A stretch of DNA of 64,000 nucleotides, taken from contig NIVC01001901.1 of NCBI GenBank assembly GCA_002269645.1, forward strand, positions 1-64,000, given 5' to 3'. The notes below the pieces were generated by a model. That model did not search any database. It saw only the letters and a list, made by a program, of their open reading frames with translations, and was not told where the DNA came from. The DNA is from Macrostomum lignano. Its lineage: Eukaryota. Each line of letters starts with the position of its first letter. The first letter of the stretch is position 1. Both the position numbers and the translations under genes were made by a program. Shown in pieces: positions 24,101-37,718 of the stretch.

Positions 24101-25956
24101 AGAAGTAGAGAGTAAAGTGAGGTGTAGACAGAAGTAGAGAGTAAAGTGAGGTGTAGACAGAAGTAGAGAGTAAAGTGAGGTGTAGACAGAAGTAGAGAGT
24201 AAAGTGAGGTGTAGACAGAAGTAGAGAGTAAAGTGAGGTGTAGACAGAAGTAGAGAGTAAAGTGAGGTGTAGACAGAAGTAGAGAGTAAAGTGAGGTGTA
24301 GACAGAAGTAGAGAGTAAAGTGAGGTGTAGACAGAAGTAGAGAGTAAAGTGAGGTGTAGACAGAAGTAGAGAGTAAAGTGAGGTGTAGACAGAAGTAGAG
24401 AGTAAAGTGAGGTGTAGACAGAAGTAGAGAGTAAAGTGAGGTGTAGACAGAAGTAGAGAGTAAAGTGAGGTGTAGACAGAAGTAGAGAGTAAAGTGAGGT
24501 GTAGACAGAAGTAGAGAGTAAAGTGAGGTGTAGACAGAAGTAGAGAGTAAAGTGAGGTGTAGACAGAAGTAGAGAGTAAAGTGAGGTGTAGACAGAAGTA
24601 GAGAGTAAAGTGAGGTGTAGACAGAAGTAGAGAGTAAAGTGAGGTGTAGACAGAAGTAGAGAGTAAAGTGAGGTGTAGACAGAAGTAGAGAGTAAAGTGA
24701 GGTGTAGACAGAAGTAGAGAGTAAAGTGAGGTGTAGACAGAAGTAGAGAGTAAAGTGAGGTGTAGACAGAAGTAGAGAGTAAAGTGAGGTGTAGACAGAA
24801 GTAGAGAGTAAAGTGAGGTGTAGACAGAAGTAGAGAGTAAAGTGAGGTGTAGACAGAAGTAGAGAGTAAAGTGAGGTGTAGACAGAAGTAGAGAGTAAAG
24901 TGAGGTGTAGACAGAAGTAGAGAGTAAAGTGAGGTGTAGACAGAAGTAGAGAGTAAAGTGAGGTGTAGACAGAAGTAGAGAGTAAAGTGAGGTGTAGACA
25001 GAAGTAGAGAGTAAAGTGAGGTGTAGACAGAAGTAGAGAGTAAAGTGAGGTGTAGACAGAAGTAGAGAGTAAAGTGAGGTGTAGACAGAAGTAGAGAGTA
25101 AAGTGAGGTGTAGACAGAAGTAGAGAGTAAAGTGAGGTGTAGACAGAAGTAGAGAGTAAAGTGAGGTGTAGACAGAAGTAGAGAGTAAAGTGAGGTGTAG
25201 ACAGAAGTAGAGAGTAAAGTGAGGTGTAGACAGAAGTAGAGAGTAAAGTGAGGTGTAGACAGAAGTAGAGAGTAAAGTGAGGTGTAGACAGAAGTAGAGA
25301 GTAAAGTGAGGTGTAGACAGAAGTAGAGAGTAAAGTGAGGTGTAGACAGAAGTAGAGAGTAAAGTGAGGTGTAGACAGAAGTAGAGAGTAAAGTGAGGTG
25401 TAGACAGAAGTAGAGAGTAAAGTGAGGTGTAGACAGAAGTAGAGAGTAAAGTGAGGTGTAGACAGAAGTAGAGAGTAAAGTGAGGTGTAGACAGAAGTAG
25501 AGAGTAAAGTGAGGTGTAGACAGAAGTAGAGAGTAAAGTGAGGTGTAGACAGAAGTAGAGAGTAAAGTGAGGTGTAGACAGAAGTAGAGAGTAAAGTGAG
25601 GTGTAGACAGAAGTAGAGAGTAAAGTGAGGTGTAGACAGAAGTAGAGAGTAAAGTGAGGTGTAGACAGAAGTAGAGAGTAAAGTGAGGTGTAGACAGAAG
25701 TAGAGAGTAAAGTGAGGTGTAGACAGAAGTAGAGAGTAAAGTGAGGTGTAGACAGAAGTAGAGAGTAAAGTGAGGTGTAGACAGAAGTAGAGAGTAAAGT
25801 GAGGTGTAGACAGAAGTAGAGAGTAAAGTGAGGTGTAGACAGAAGTAGAGAGTAAAGTGAGGTGTAGACAGAAGTAGAGAGTAAAGTGAGGTGTAGACAG
25901 AAGTAGAGAGTAAAGTGAGGTGTAGACAGAAGTAGAGAGTAAAGTGAGGTGTAGAC
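15146..25956. repeat. 29-bp satellite GTAGAGAGTAAAGTGAGGTGTAGACAGAA, about 370 copies (10.8 kb)
   Basis: Seen directly. Variant monomers occur in the left part; the array is essentially invariant from about 18000 to the right edge. Confidence 0.98.
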
Positions 25957-26885
25957 TAAGTTAAAACATTCATTCAGAGCAGAAAATTTCAGCCAGTGCT
26001 GCACACGAATTTCTGTGAAATATCGCAGATTTTTATCGCCAAACTGTCAGATCCTGCGTAGGCTGCTGAATGCATAGACTTACCCGGAAGTGCTATTGGG
26101 TGCAGTTGCTGGGCGAGCTGTGGGTTAGAACGCCCTTAGGGTGCAAATATCTCAAATTTTTCAAATATCCCAAAAGACCCAGATTTTTCCCTGGGGTAAA
26201 CTGGTTCATAAAACAGGCTCGAGAACGGGGGGGTTTCGGGATAGATTAGGAGAAACCTTGAACAGAGTAGCAAGCTTTTGCCCAGTTCAAGTCAAGCGCC
26301 GAGAATGCATGACAATCAATCAAGCTGAACCCAAGCCGAGGCCCGGATCGGGCAACAGTCTCCGCGAGGAAGCGAAGGAGTAAAAAGAAGCTCTTGTTAA
26401 AAAAAATCTGGCCGTCCGGCAGCAGAGACCAAATTTCTGTATTGATGGCAGGGAGCGCTAGTGATAGAAGTCTGGATAGGAAACTATTTTACCTACAAAA
26501 CGAGACTAAAAATGGGTTCCTTTTCAGAAGCGATGCAAAATAGATTTGCACGAAATCTGTTTGGTTCAACTGTTATATTAATTATTAGTTTTACCAGTCA
26601 ATGTGACAGCAATCCAGATGCTGAATCAAGTATTCCCTGGCGCAGTGAATGCAAACAATAATTTTTCGATGCCTGGAAGATCTTAGCAACCACTTTCTCT
26701 GTCTAGGAATTTCACAATGGAAAAATAAGTAAAGATTTACGAGCGTATGAATAAACCGCTGCTTTTGTGAACAGTTTTTAGTTTCCTGTCCCGTCAGAAT
26801 CTAATAAGGTTCGCAGCAACGGTCATAAATCATTGCACGGCTGCGGTGAACTTTTATGCTGACTTATGCTTTCGGTCACTGAGTG

Positions 26886-27098
26886 CCTGACTGGCTGACT
26901 GCCTGCCTGACTGACTGACTGACTGACTGACTGACTGACTGACTGACTGACTGACTGACTGACTGACTGACTGACTGACTGACTGACTGACTGACTGACT
27001 GACTGACTGACTGACTGACTGACTGACTGACTGACTGACTGACTGACTGACTGACTGACTGACTGACTGACTGACTGACTGACTGACTGACTGACTGA
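26886..27098. repeat. (CTGA)n microsatellite
   Basis: Seen directly. Confidence 0.97.
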
Positions 27099-27961
27099 GC
27101 ACATTCATCCAGCTCTGAGCAGCTGCAGCAGCTGAGCAGGTCCCATCCCTCAAATTCGTTACAAATTGATTATCAGATGCCACTGGAAATCCTCTGGGTA
27201 GACTTGGCTGGGTGGAACAGTTGGAATTTCTTAAGACGCTCGGGCCTGCCCCAGTTTTATCTCCTTTAAGGCATCGGGTGGGATCGGCATTCCCGTCAGA
27301 AAATCCCCTTGGAGTTGGATACACGCCCTTGGCTTTATCATCTCTCACTGTGCTGGTCAGTTATGAGATTTATGCATATTTGCGATATAAATATACTCGC
27401 CACCTGACAAGGCATGCAAAAGTACAATTAGCTTGCCGGACGGGGGAGGTAAAGAAGCCAGGAAAGCAGAGCGACAAAGAATCCCAGCCCAAGCAGCCAT
27501 GTTTGCTACAGAACTGCCCTACAGGCCCAGTTCGTTTTCTGTACACGAGGGCCAGATGCAGTTTAGCCCAGAAGCAAAACTTGAGAGGCCCGAACGAAGC
27601 ACTGAAAACTCTTGACCCGAAAGTTTACGACCGACGAGAGGGGAAATTGGGAGTAATGGGCATAAAACAGGGAAGAGAGGCTAGGATTGTAGGGCATAGG
27701 AAACGCTTAGGAAAATATGCAAATTATGTGATATAAACAAATACTCCAGTGCGATGCTGTGTGCCTGCATTGCCCCTCAGCAATGCGTAAAATTTCTGCA
27801 TATCTAATCGTTCACACCATCCACAGGCTTTGATAATTCCGCAATATTTTATACTGCCCCGACCCGGGAGAGATGGCAGCGCAGATGTGCGAAAGCTGCA
27901 CCATCCAAAGGACTGCAATTGGCAAGGGGAGCCTCGTCAGCCGAGTGAAAGTGCATTGTGG

Positions 27962-29279
<1,318 letters not shown>

Positions 29280-30008
29280 AACAGTGCTTACATATTTAGC
29301 TCGTCAAAGAACAAAGGGATTAAACATCAGGTTGTATACATTAAGTTTTTTAATGTTTTAGCAAAAGCAAGTTTCTGCGCAGAACAGTCATTAGATGAGT
29401 AAATACTGTAGTTTTAACATAACAGAAAGCAGTCTTCACTGAGACCATAACCGCGGGCCCAGCGATCAGTTCATTGGGATACCTCCAAGCCAGCAAAGTG
29501 GGGCTTCAACATGACGGGAGCGGACTACAGTATTTACACTGCAGCTTCATGCAAATTCATTCAAATACGCGAGGGCGCACACAAAAGAAAACGGCACTCG
29601 GGCATGTATCCAGCGGGCACTTAAAACCAAGATGTAAATATTGATTTTTGTTGACAACTCCCAGCTGAAATTGGAATCCAACCAAATCACTAAGCATCAC
29701 TATGGCCTCAATCCACTCCCTCTAGCAGTTTCTGAAGAGTCGGGTACCAGAATTACCAGAACGGAATGATCTTTTCAGAGAAAAACAGAGTGCACGGACG
29801 GGACTGCGAGGCATATTTGATGGTGCCTGAAGCTGATGGGAAAAGTATAAATTATCCTGCTTGAACAGCCTACAGCCCATCGGGTCTGGTTAGACACTGG
29901 AAACTGGACTTTGCGTGTCACTTGGTCCAAGGCGGGAGATTACAGAGACGACCTGTGCTGGCTAAGGGTGGTTAAAGCTATACGAGGGGAAGGCTGCTGA
30001 GACTTGTA

Positions 30009-30012
<4 letters not shown>

Positions 30013-30082
<70 letters not shown>

Positions 30083-30226
30083 GTGGATGCCCTGAATTTG
30101 CATCATTCCATCTCGCTACAAAACTATTTTACAAACTCTTGATCTGGCCTTCTCTCAAAGTCCAACCTGCTTTGATCTGGGCCGACGCGTTAATAGTACA
30201 TTGGATAGAGGGAGAGAGAGAGGGAT

Positions 30227-30272
<46 letters not shown>

Positions 30273-30622
30273 AGAGAGAGGCAGAGAGGTAGAGAGGAGA
30301 GAGGGGGAGAGAAGGGGAGAGTGGGAGAGAGAGGGGGAGAGAGATGGGGAGAGTGAGAGAGAGAGAGGGGAGAGAGAGTGAGAAAGAGGGGAGAGAGCGG
30401 GAGAGAGAGGGGAGAGAGGGAGAGAGAGAGGGGAGAGAGCGGGAGAGAGAGGGGAGAGAGGGAGAGAGAGAGGGGAGAGAGGTAGAGAGAGGGAGAGAGA
30501 GTGAGAGAGAGAGGGGAGAGAGAGTGAGAGAGAGGGGAGAGAGGTAGAGAGAGAGAGAGAGGGGAGAGAGGGAGAGAGAGAAGGGAGAGAGGTAGAGAGA
30601 GGGAGAGAGAGTGAGAGAGGGG
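30013..30622. repeat. (AG)n tract and a degenerate AG-rich tract
   Basis: Seen directly at 30013-30079 and 30205-30622. Confidence 0.95.
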
Positions 30623-31206
30623 CAGAGTTCTGTAGCGACATGCAGGGGCCTGAGAAGCTGCCTTACAATACAGTCTATAACAATTTGAATTAATCATTAT
30701 AACACGCGAGGATAGGGAATGGGAGGGAGCATATAGATGATTTGTTTAAACAATTATGAAAGCATTTTTTCAATATGCACAAAAAGCATTGAACACAATA
30801 GCCAGACTGCTACCTGCATGTCTTAAAATAAATTGTCCAATAATAAACAGTGTGACGTTTAGAAGCAACAAAATCTGCTATTTATGATGTAAATACAGAA
30901 AACATGTGAGAATGCTGTTCGGCCAGGCGGGAAGTTCACGTCGGTCAGATATTGATTAGCAATTTTTTTGGTATGGGGATTAGGCGACACAGATAATACA
31001 GCTTCCCAATTAAGCATAAATACTCATATTAGCGTGTCTGTGCGCACGCGTCCAACAGACTTTGTAGAGTATTTTATCCAGACTGGACTAGATTCTAATC
31101 CAGACGAAATTCCAAATATTAGTAGTCCTTGCCTGAGCCCTGAGTGTGTTAGTATATATATATATATATATAATTCTAGTATCTCAGAGAGGCGCCCCAG
31201 CCTCCA

Positions 31207-34200
31207 TCACTGCGGCGAATGAAGCTGGTGGCCGTTGGAGGCGGCGCACTGCAGCTCCAGCGCCGGCGGCTCCTCTTCTGCCCCCTCCTCCTCGATCGCC
31301 GCTTCGACGCTGCCGTTACCAAGCTTGCCGTCGCCGTTGCTGCAGCCATTGACGTCGCCGTCGCCGTAGCCCTGGACCGCCGCCCGAAGCCGCTGCAGCT
31401 CCTCCTTCTGGGCGTCGTATTTCGCCCGCAGCCGCCGCACATCCGGCGAGCGAAGCTCCTCAACTTGCCGGCGAAGGCGCGCCAACTCGTCCCGATCGAC
31501 CTCGGCCTGGGCGCAGCGCCCCGTCAGCCGGTCGACGACCTGCTGCAGGCCGTCGATGCGAGCCTGATAACCCGACTTGACCTTCTCCACCATGGCCAGA
31601 AACTGCGGGGTGGCCTTCTCTGGCAGGTGGCCTTCGCCCCAGTCGGTAAGCGACTCCCAGTCGGATGCGATGGACTCTGCGAAGGAGTAGAGTGGGTTGC
31701 TAATCTCGCTAGTGGATTGCTAATCTCGCTAGTGGATTGCTAATCTCGCTAGTGGATTGCTAATCTCGCTAGTGGATTGCTAATCTCGCTAGTGGATTGC
31801 TAATCTCGCTAGTGGATTGCTAATCTCGCTAGTGGATTGCTAATCTCGCTAGTGGATTGCTAATCTCGCTAGTGGATTGCTAATCTCGCTAGTGGATTGC
31901 TAATCTCGCTAGTGGATTGCTAATCTCGCTAGTGGATTGCTAATCTCGCTAGTGGATTGCTAATCTCGCTAGTGGATTGCTAATCTCGCTAGTGGATTGC
32001 TAATCTCGCTAGTGGATTGCTAATCTCGCTAGTGGATTGCTAATCTCGCTAGTGGATTGCTAATCTCGCTAGTGGATTGCTAATCTCGCTAGTGGATTGC
32101 TAATCTAGCCAATCTCGCTCAGTTTTCTGTCAACCTGCTGCTTATTTCCGCTAACGTAAAAACATCCTTCTTCTAGCTATGAATACAAATGGCCTTGTCA
32201 AATGTAGCGCTAAGTCTCCCCAGTATCCAAGTGGCGGTAGGAGCTGCGCTGTAATCGAGGTTAGCTTTTTCTACACGGGCGGAGGTAACAGTTTGGTCTC
32301 GTGACTACCGCTTGTGTTCTCTATGTGTTGTTTTTGTGTCTGCATCTGGGCCTAGACTGGGAGTGCAGAGTGAAACAACAAGGGAGAGAGAGAGAGAGAG
32401 CTAAAGCCTCCATAGTATCGATTCTAGATTTCGCATTCTCTACGCGACAACAGCGGAGCCAGATGTGACTGCACCATTGGCTTCGCTACACTTAGAGTTG
32501 GAAAATTTCCTCGCCACTTTCCGAGCTCAGCTACGAAAATATGCGCCGACCAGCAAATGAGTCAAAGGTGAAGGAGAAGGGAAATGAGAGAGGGTAGATA
32601 GGAGTGATGGCTCCAAACAGGAACCAACTGCTTCTGCTCACCTTCGAGCGTCATCGGGCTGCTGGGCGCTTTCTCGGGCTTGAGCTGATCCAAGAAGGCC
32701 TCGGCCGACGATTTTGCCGCAGCCGAAGGAGGCGCCGGCCCGGCAGCCTGATTAAGTCGAATATTGGGCGCAAATTCCTGGGGTTGCACCTGGCTCGATT
32801 CTGCAGTTGCTGCTGCTGCTGCTGCAGTCTTCTGCACCTGCTGAGACGAGCTGTCGGGACTGAGCAGCGCCGATGGCTTCTCTTCGTCTTCTGGAACTTT
32901 TTGTTGCTGCTGCTGCTGCTGTGGCGGCTGCTTTTGCGACTGTTGTGCCGGACTAGTAAGGCCGTTGCTGCATCTAAATGAGATTCAACGGTATTCGATT
33001 GCGTTGTATTAAAAAGACAGCACTAAACAGCATCTGTAAAATTAATTTAGGAAGGAACTCACGGCGAAATCGGACGAATTGCCCCGGTGGCGATGCCGTT
33101 CTCAATGTGGCACCGTCTGCTGTTGTTGAGTAGCTTGTGCCGTTTTGCCTCTGACTCGGGACCGACTCCGTGATGGTTGCCATTGGCAACGGGCTGCGAT
33201 GACAGAATGCAATGAATTATATTCCAGGGATCTGATACCGAATGACCCGATACCGAAATGGCCCCAGTTGGCCCCGATACCGAAATGGCCCCAGTTGGCC
33301 CCGATACCGAAATGGCCCCAGTTGGCCCCGATACCGAAATGGCCCCAGTTGGCCCCGATACCGAAATGGCACCAGTTGGCCCCGATACCGAAATGGCATC
33401 GAATGGTTCCGATACCGAAATGGCACCGGTTGGTCCCGATACCGAAGTGGCACCAGTAAGTCCCGATACCGAAATGGCACCAGTTGGCCCCGATACCGAA
33501 ATGGCATCGAATGGTTCCGATACCGAAATGGCACCAGTTGGTCCCGATACCGAAATGGCACCAGTTGGTCCCGATACCGAAATGGCACCAGTAAGTCCCG
33601 ATACCGAAATGGCACCGGATGGTCCCGATACCGAAATGGCACCGGATGGTCCCGATACCGAAATGGCACCGGATGGTCCCGATACCGAAATGGCACCAGT
33701 TGGTCCCGATACCGAAATGGCACCAGTAAGTCCCGATACCGAAATGGCACCGGATGGTCCCGATACCGAAATGGCACCGGATGGTCCCGATACCGAAATG
33801 GCACCAGTTGGTCCCGATACCGAAATGGCACCAGTTGGTCCCGATACCGAAATGGCACCGGATGGTCCCGATACCGAAATGGCATTTAAATATGAATTTA
33901 GGGAACAACTCACCAGCAGCATCCCTGGCCGCTTCCTGGCCTCAAATCTGCCCTTCACAGCCTCCAGCGTTCTCTCCTGACTGTCCGACTCCCGCTCGGC
34001 CAGCCGCCTGTCCAGCATAAGGTACAGCCGCCACTTGGTCGAATCGAAGCCCCAGTGGCAGGTCTCCCGCTCCGGGCGCACGTGGACGTGTCCGACAAAC
34101 TGGGCTGGCGACAACAAGCCGGAGCAGCCCGAGCACACGATACACGGCGCCTCCGGGCAGGTGTACAGCCGGGGAATGAGGAAGCCGCGCTGCTTGCCGA

Positions 34201-35062
34201 AGCAGCGGTGGTAAACGCAGGCTCCATCCAGCCCGGTAAGCGAGCCTTGGTAGCGCGGCAGATCCGGGCTGTTAAGCAGCAGCCATTTGCACAGCCGTTC
34301 AGCGTCCGACTTTGTGATGAGGCCGCAGTTCTCTAGGCGAGGCCCGAACACGCGGCGCTGCTGCAGCAGGTTCATCTGGTTGCTGGTGCAGCGCTGGCAG
34401 TAGATGTTAAGCTCCTCGCAGACCCGGTTGATGTCCGCCAAGGTGACCCCCGCCCGCAGCAGCACATTGTTAAGCACCTGCGGCAGGCACAGTCGCTTTT
34501 CGCCTCCAACAACAAATGCGTAGATGGCTTTGTCTTCGAGAATTGTCTCGACAAAGTCGCCGGTCTCCCCTGAAGCTCTCGAGTCGGGCGGTTGGAGCGG
34601 TGGTGGCGGCGGTGGTGGAGGCGGAGGCGGCGGAGCGGCCCTGGCCGCAATCAGCCGGCCGTCCACTTGAGCTCCGATCGCGTGCAGCCCGGCCGGGAAA
34701 ACCTGCGCTGCCGCCAGCTTCAGCTGCGGAGGTGGCGGCGGCGGCGGTGCTTGTGGCGGTGGCGGCCGCGGCTGCCGCGGCGGGGGCTGGAGATGATGAT
34801 GAGGATGCGGCTGGCGCTGATAGGCATGGTGATGCTGATGATGCGGAAGTCGCTGTTGTTGCTGCTGCTGTTGCAGGTGCTGATGCCCATGTCCTGCCGA
34901 CTGCATATAGGGATAGGCGCCCAAAGGCTGGCCTGGCTGCATCTTCGCTGAGGCAGCAGCGGCGGCTGCAGCGGCGGCTGCCGCGTAGCCCTGCATGTTG
35001 TGCAGCATGGACAGCGAGGCCGAGGACGTCTGGTTGAACAAGTTGAATCCGTTCGAATTCAT
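31207..35062 (-). CDS. SKI: Ski/SnoN family transcriptional co-repressor (TGF-beta/Smad pathway), 4 coding exons
   Basis: Exons 35062-33914, 33193-33063, 32973-32642 and 31676-31207, all GT-AG with matching phases 0, 2 and 1. Contains the Ski/Sno (Dachshund-homology) domain (FVVGGEKRLCLPQVL...CGLITKSDAERLC), the SAND-like Smad4-binding domain (HRCFGK...CIVCSGC...TCHWGFDSTKWRLYL) and a C-terminal coiled coil. CHWGF indicates Ski/SnoN rather than SKOR. Confidence 0.92.
31699..32106. repeat. 20-bp minisatellite GCTAATCTCGCTAGTGGATT, about 20 copies (Ski intron 3)
   Basis: Seen directly. Confidence 0.97.
33247..33884. repeat. 27-bp minisatellite GATACCGAAATGGCACC(A/G)G(T/A)TGGTCCC, about 23 copies (Ski intron 1)
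   Basis: Seen directly; 9-aa periodicity in the ORF track. Confidence 0.97.
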
Positions 35063-35881
35063 TGCCAACCGCTTGCTGCTGTTGTCGCTTAATTAGTGGC
35101 TTAAGTGGCCAGGTATTGGCAGCAGACGGCTGTCGGCATGGGTAGCCAGAAATTCCTCCAGTCTAAATGTTTATTCCTCTATCCCCTTTTCTTCGTTTAG
35201 AAGAGAGAGAGAGAGAGAGAGGGGAGAGGTGGGGCGCAGGCAGTTCGAGGATGGCAGACTGGCGGAGGCTCTGGAGTGGCTAGTAAACACTGGACTTTAG
35301 AGTTTAACTGCGTTCGTTCTGAACCTAAGAGGAAGAGTTGGAGGACGGGGTGGGTGGCGCCGTCTCGGGGGTATCAAGTACGCTGCGCAGTTTTTAGCTT
35401 CGGTGGACTTCTCCCGCTTCTGCCTCTCTCTCTCTCTCTCTCTCTCTCTATTCCTGACCTCGGGGTAGGGACGGCCGGATTGTGAAATACTCGACTAGTA
35501 CGTGGCCGGGATCTGGAACGGCTACACCGGTTGGGTGAGAGGAGCGAGTGGAGAGAAGGGGGGGGGAAGGGGGAGGCCCAGTTGTTTCTGGCTGCTTCTG
35601 CACCAGAGGACACAGCGGGTCGCCTGGTGTGGAGTGGAACTATTGGCTGGCAAGGAACTGAGTGGAGGGGAGAGGGGAGTGAGGAAGGGAGATGGAGAAC
35701 ACAGAGACGGAATAGAGCAGAGGGGTTGGGGCAGGGTTGCTGTAGCAGTCTGAGCTCGATGCTCAGCGCCTAGACCGCCAGCCAACCTCAGTTCTCAACC
35801 CGCCCGTGTTTTCAGAGGTAACTGATGACATCAACAGGGCTGCTGAGGTAAATGAGGTCATTCCAAGGACTTAGGGCGCAG

Positions 35882-36046
35882 GCATAGTGCTAGTGGGGTA
35901 GCCAGCATAGTGCTAGTGGGGTAGCCAGCATAGTGCTAGTGGGGTAGCCAGCATAGTGCTAGTGGGGTAGCCAGCATAGTGCAAGTGGGGTAGCCAGCGT
36001 AGTGCTAGTGGGGTAGCCAGCATAGTGCTAGTGGGGTAGCCAGCAA
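35882..36046. repeat. 23-bp minisatellite GCATAGTGCTAGTGGGGTAGCCA, about 7 copies
   Basis: Seen directly. Confidence 0.95.
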
Positions 36047-36220
36047 GCAGTTTCTAGCTGAAAGTCGTCGAAAGAAAAATTATGCTAATAACTATCTGAA
36101 ATATTAATTCGTCGAAAAATTTAAATAAAGTTTTCCCATCTACTTACTAGCAGTAGGTACTTTCGAGGAAAAAGCTCCTGCTGCGCATTATTGGGCAGAA
36201 CTATAATCAAGAGCCACCCA

Positions 36221-37718
36221 TTGGTGCTGGCGCCCCTTGGTGCTGGCGCCCCTTGGTGCTGGCGCCCCTTGGTGCTGGCGCCCCTTGGTGCTGGCGCCCC
36301 TTGGTGCTGGCGCCCCTTGGTGCTGGCGCCCCTTGGTGCTGGCGCCCCTTGGTGCTGGCGCCCCTTGGTGCTGGCGCCCCTTGGTGCTGGCGCCCCTTGG
36401 TGCTGGCGCCCCTTGGTGCTGGCGCCCCTTGGTGCTGGCGCCCCTTGGTGCTGGCGCCCCTTGGTGCTGGCGCCCCTTGGTGCTGGCGCCCCTTGGTGCT
36501 GGCGCCCCTTGGTGCTGGCGCCCCTTGGTGCTGGCGCCCCTTGGTGCTGGCGCCCCTTGGTGCTGGCGCCCCTTGGTGCTGGCGCCCCTTGGTGCTGGCG
36601 CCCCTTGGTGCTGGCGCCCCTTGGTGCTGGCGCCCCTTGGTGCTGGCGCCCCTTGGTGCTGGCGCCCCTTGGTGCTGGCGCCCCAAGAGGGCCAAACCCC
36701 ATGAGGGCCAAACCCCATGAGGGCCAAACCCCATGAGGGCCAAACCCCATGAGGGCCAAACCCCATGAGGGCCAAACCCCATGAGGGCCAAACCCCATGA
36801 GGGCCAAACCCCATGAGGGCCAAACCCCATGAGGGCCAAACCCCATGAGGGCCAAACCCCATGAGGGCCAAACCCCATGAGGGCCAAACCCCATGAGGGC
36901 CAAACCCCATGAGGGCCAAACCCCATGAGGGCCAAACCCCATGAGGGCCAAACCCCATGAGGGCCAAACCCCATGAGGGCCAAACCCCATGAGGGCCAAA
37001 CCCCATGAGGGCCAAACCCCATGAGGGCCAAACCCCATGAGGGCCAAACCCCATGAGGGCCAAACCCCATGAGGGCCAAACCCCATGAGGGCCAAACCCC
37101 ATGAGGGCCAAACCCCATGAGGGCCAAACCCCATGAGGGCCAAACCCCATGAGGGCCAAACCCCATGAGGGCCAAACCCCATGAGGGCCAAACCCCATGA
37201 GGGCCAAACCCCATGAGGGCCAAACCCCATGAGGGCCAAACCCCATGAGGGCCAAACCCCATGAGGGCCAAACCCCATGAGGGCCAAACCCCATGAGGGC
37301 CAAACCCCATGAGGGCCAAACCCCATGAGGGCCAAACCCCATGAGGGCCAAACCCCATGAGGGCCAAACCCCATGAGGGCCAAACCCCATGAGGGCCAAA
37401 CCCCATGAGGGCCAAACCCCATGAGGGCCAAACCCCATGAGGGCCAAACCCCATGAGGGCCAAACCCCATGAGGGCCAAACCCCATGAGGGCCAAACCCC
37501 ATGAGGGCCAAACCCCATGAGGGCCAAACCCCATGAGGGCCAAACCCCATGAGGGCCAAACCCCATGAGGGCCAAACCCCATGAGGGCCAAACCCCATGA
37601 GGGCCAAACCCCATGAGGGCCAAACCCCATGAGGGCCAAACCCCATGAGGGCCAAACCCCATGAGGGCCAAACCCCATGAGGGCCAAACCCCATGAGGGC
37701 CAAACCCCATGAGGGCCA
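36221..37718. repeat. Two abutting 16-bp arrays: (TTGGTGCTGGCGCCCC)x29, then (ATGAGGGCCAAACCCC)x about 64
   Basis: Seen directly; junction at 36684/36685. Confidence 0.98.

Noticed and set aside
16951-26004. 3017-aa ORF on the minus strand
   Set aside because: An artefact of a 29-bp satellite that has no stop codon in any minus-strand frame.
27212-27736. 174-aa ORF on the + strand
   Set aside because: Non-ATG start, no motif, no splice context and no coding-like composition.
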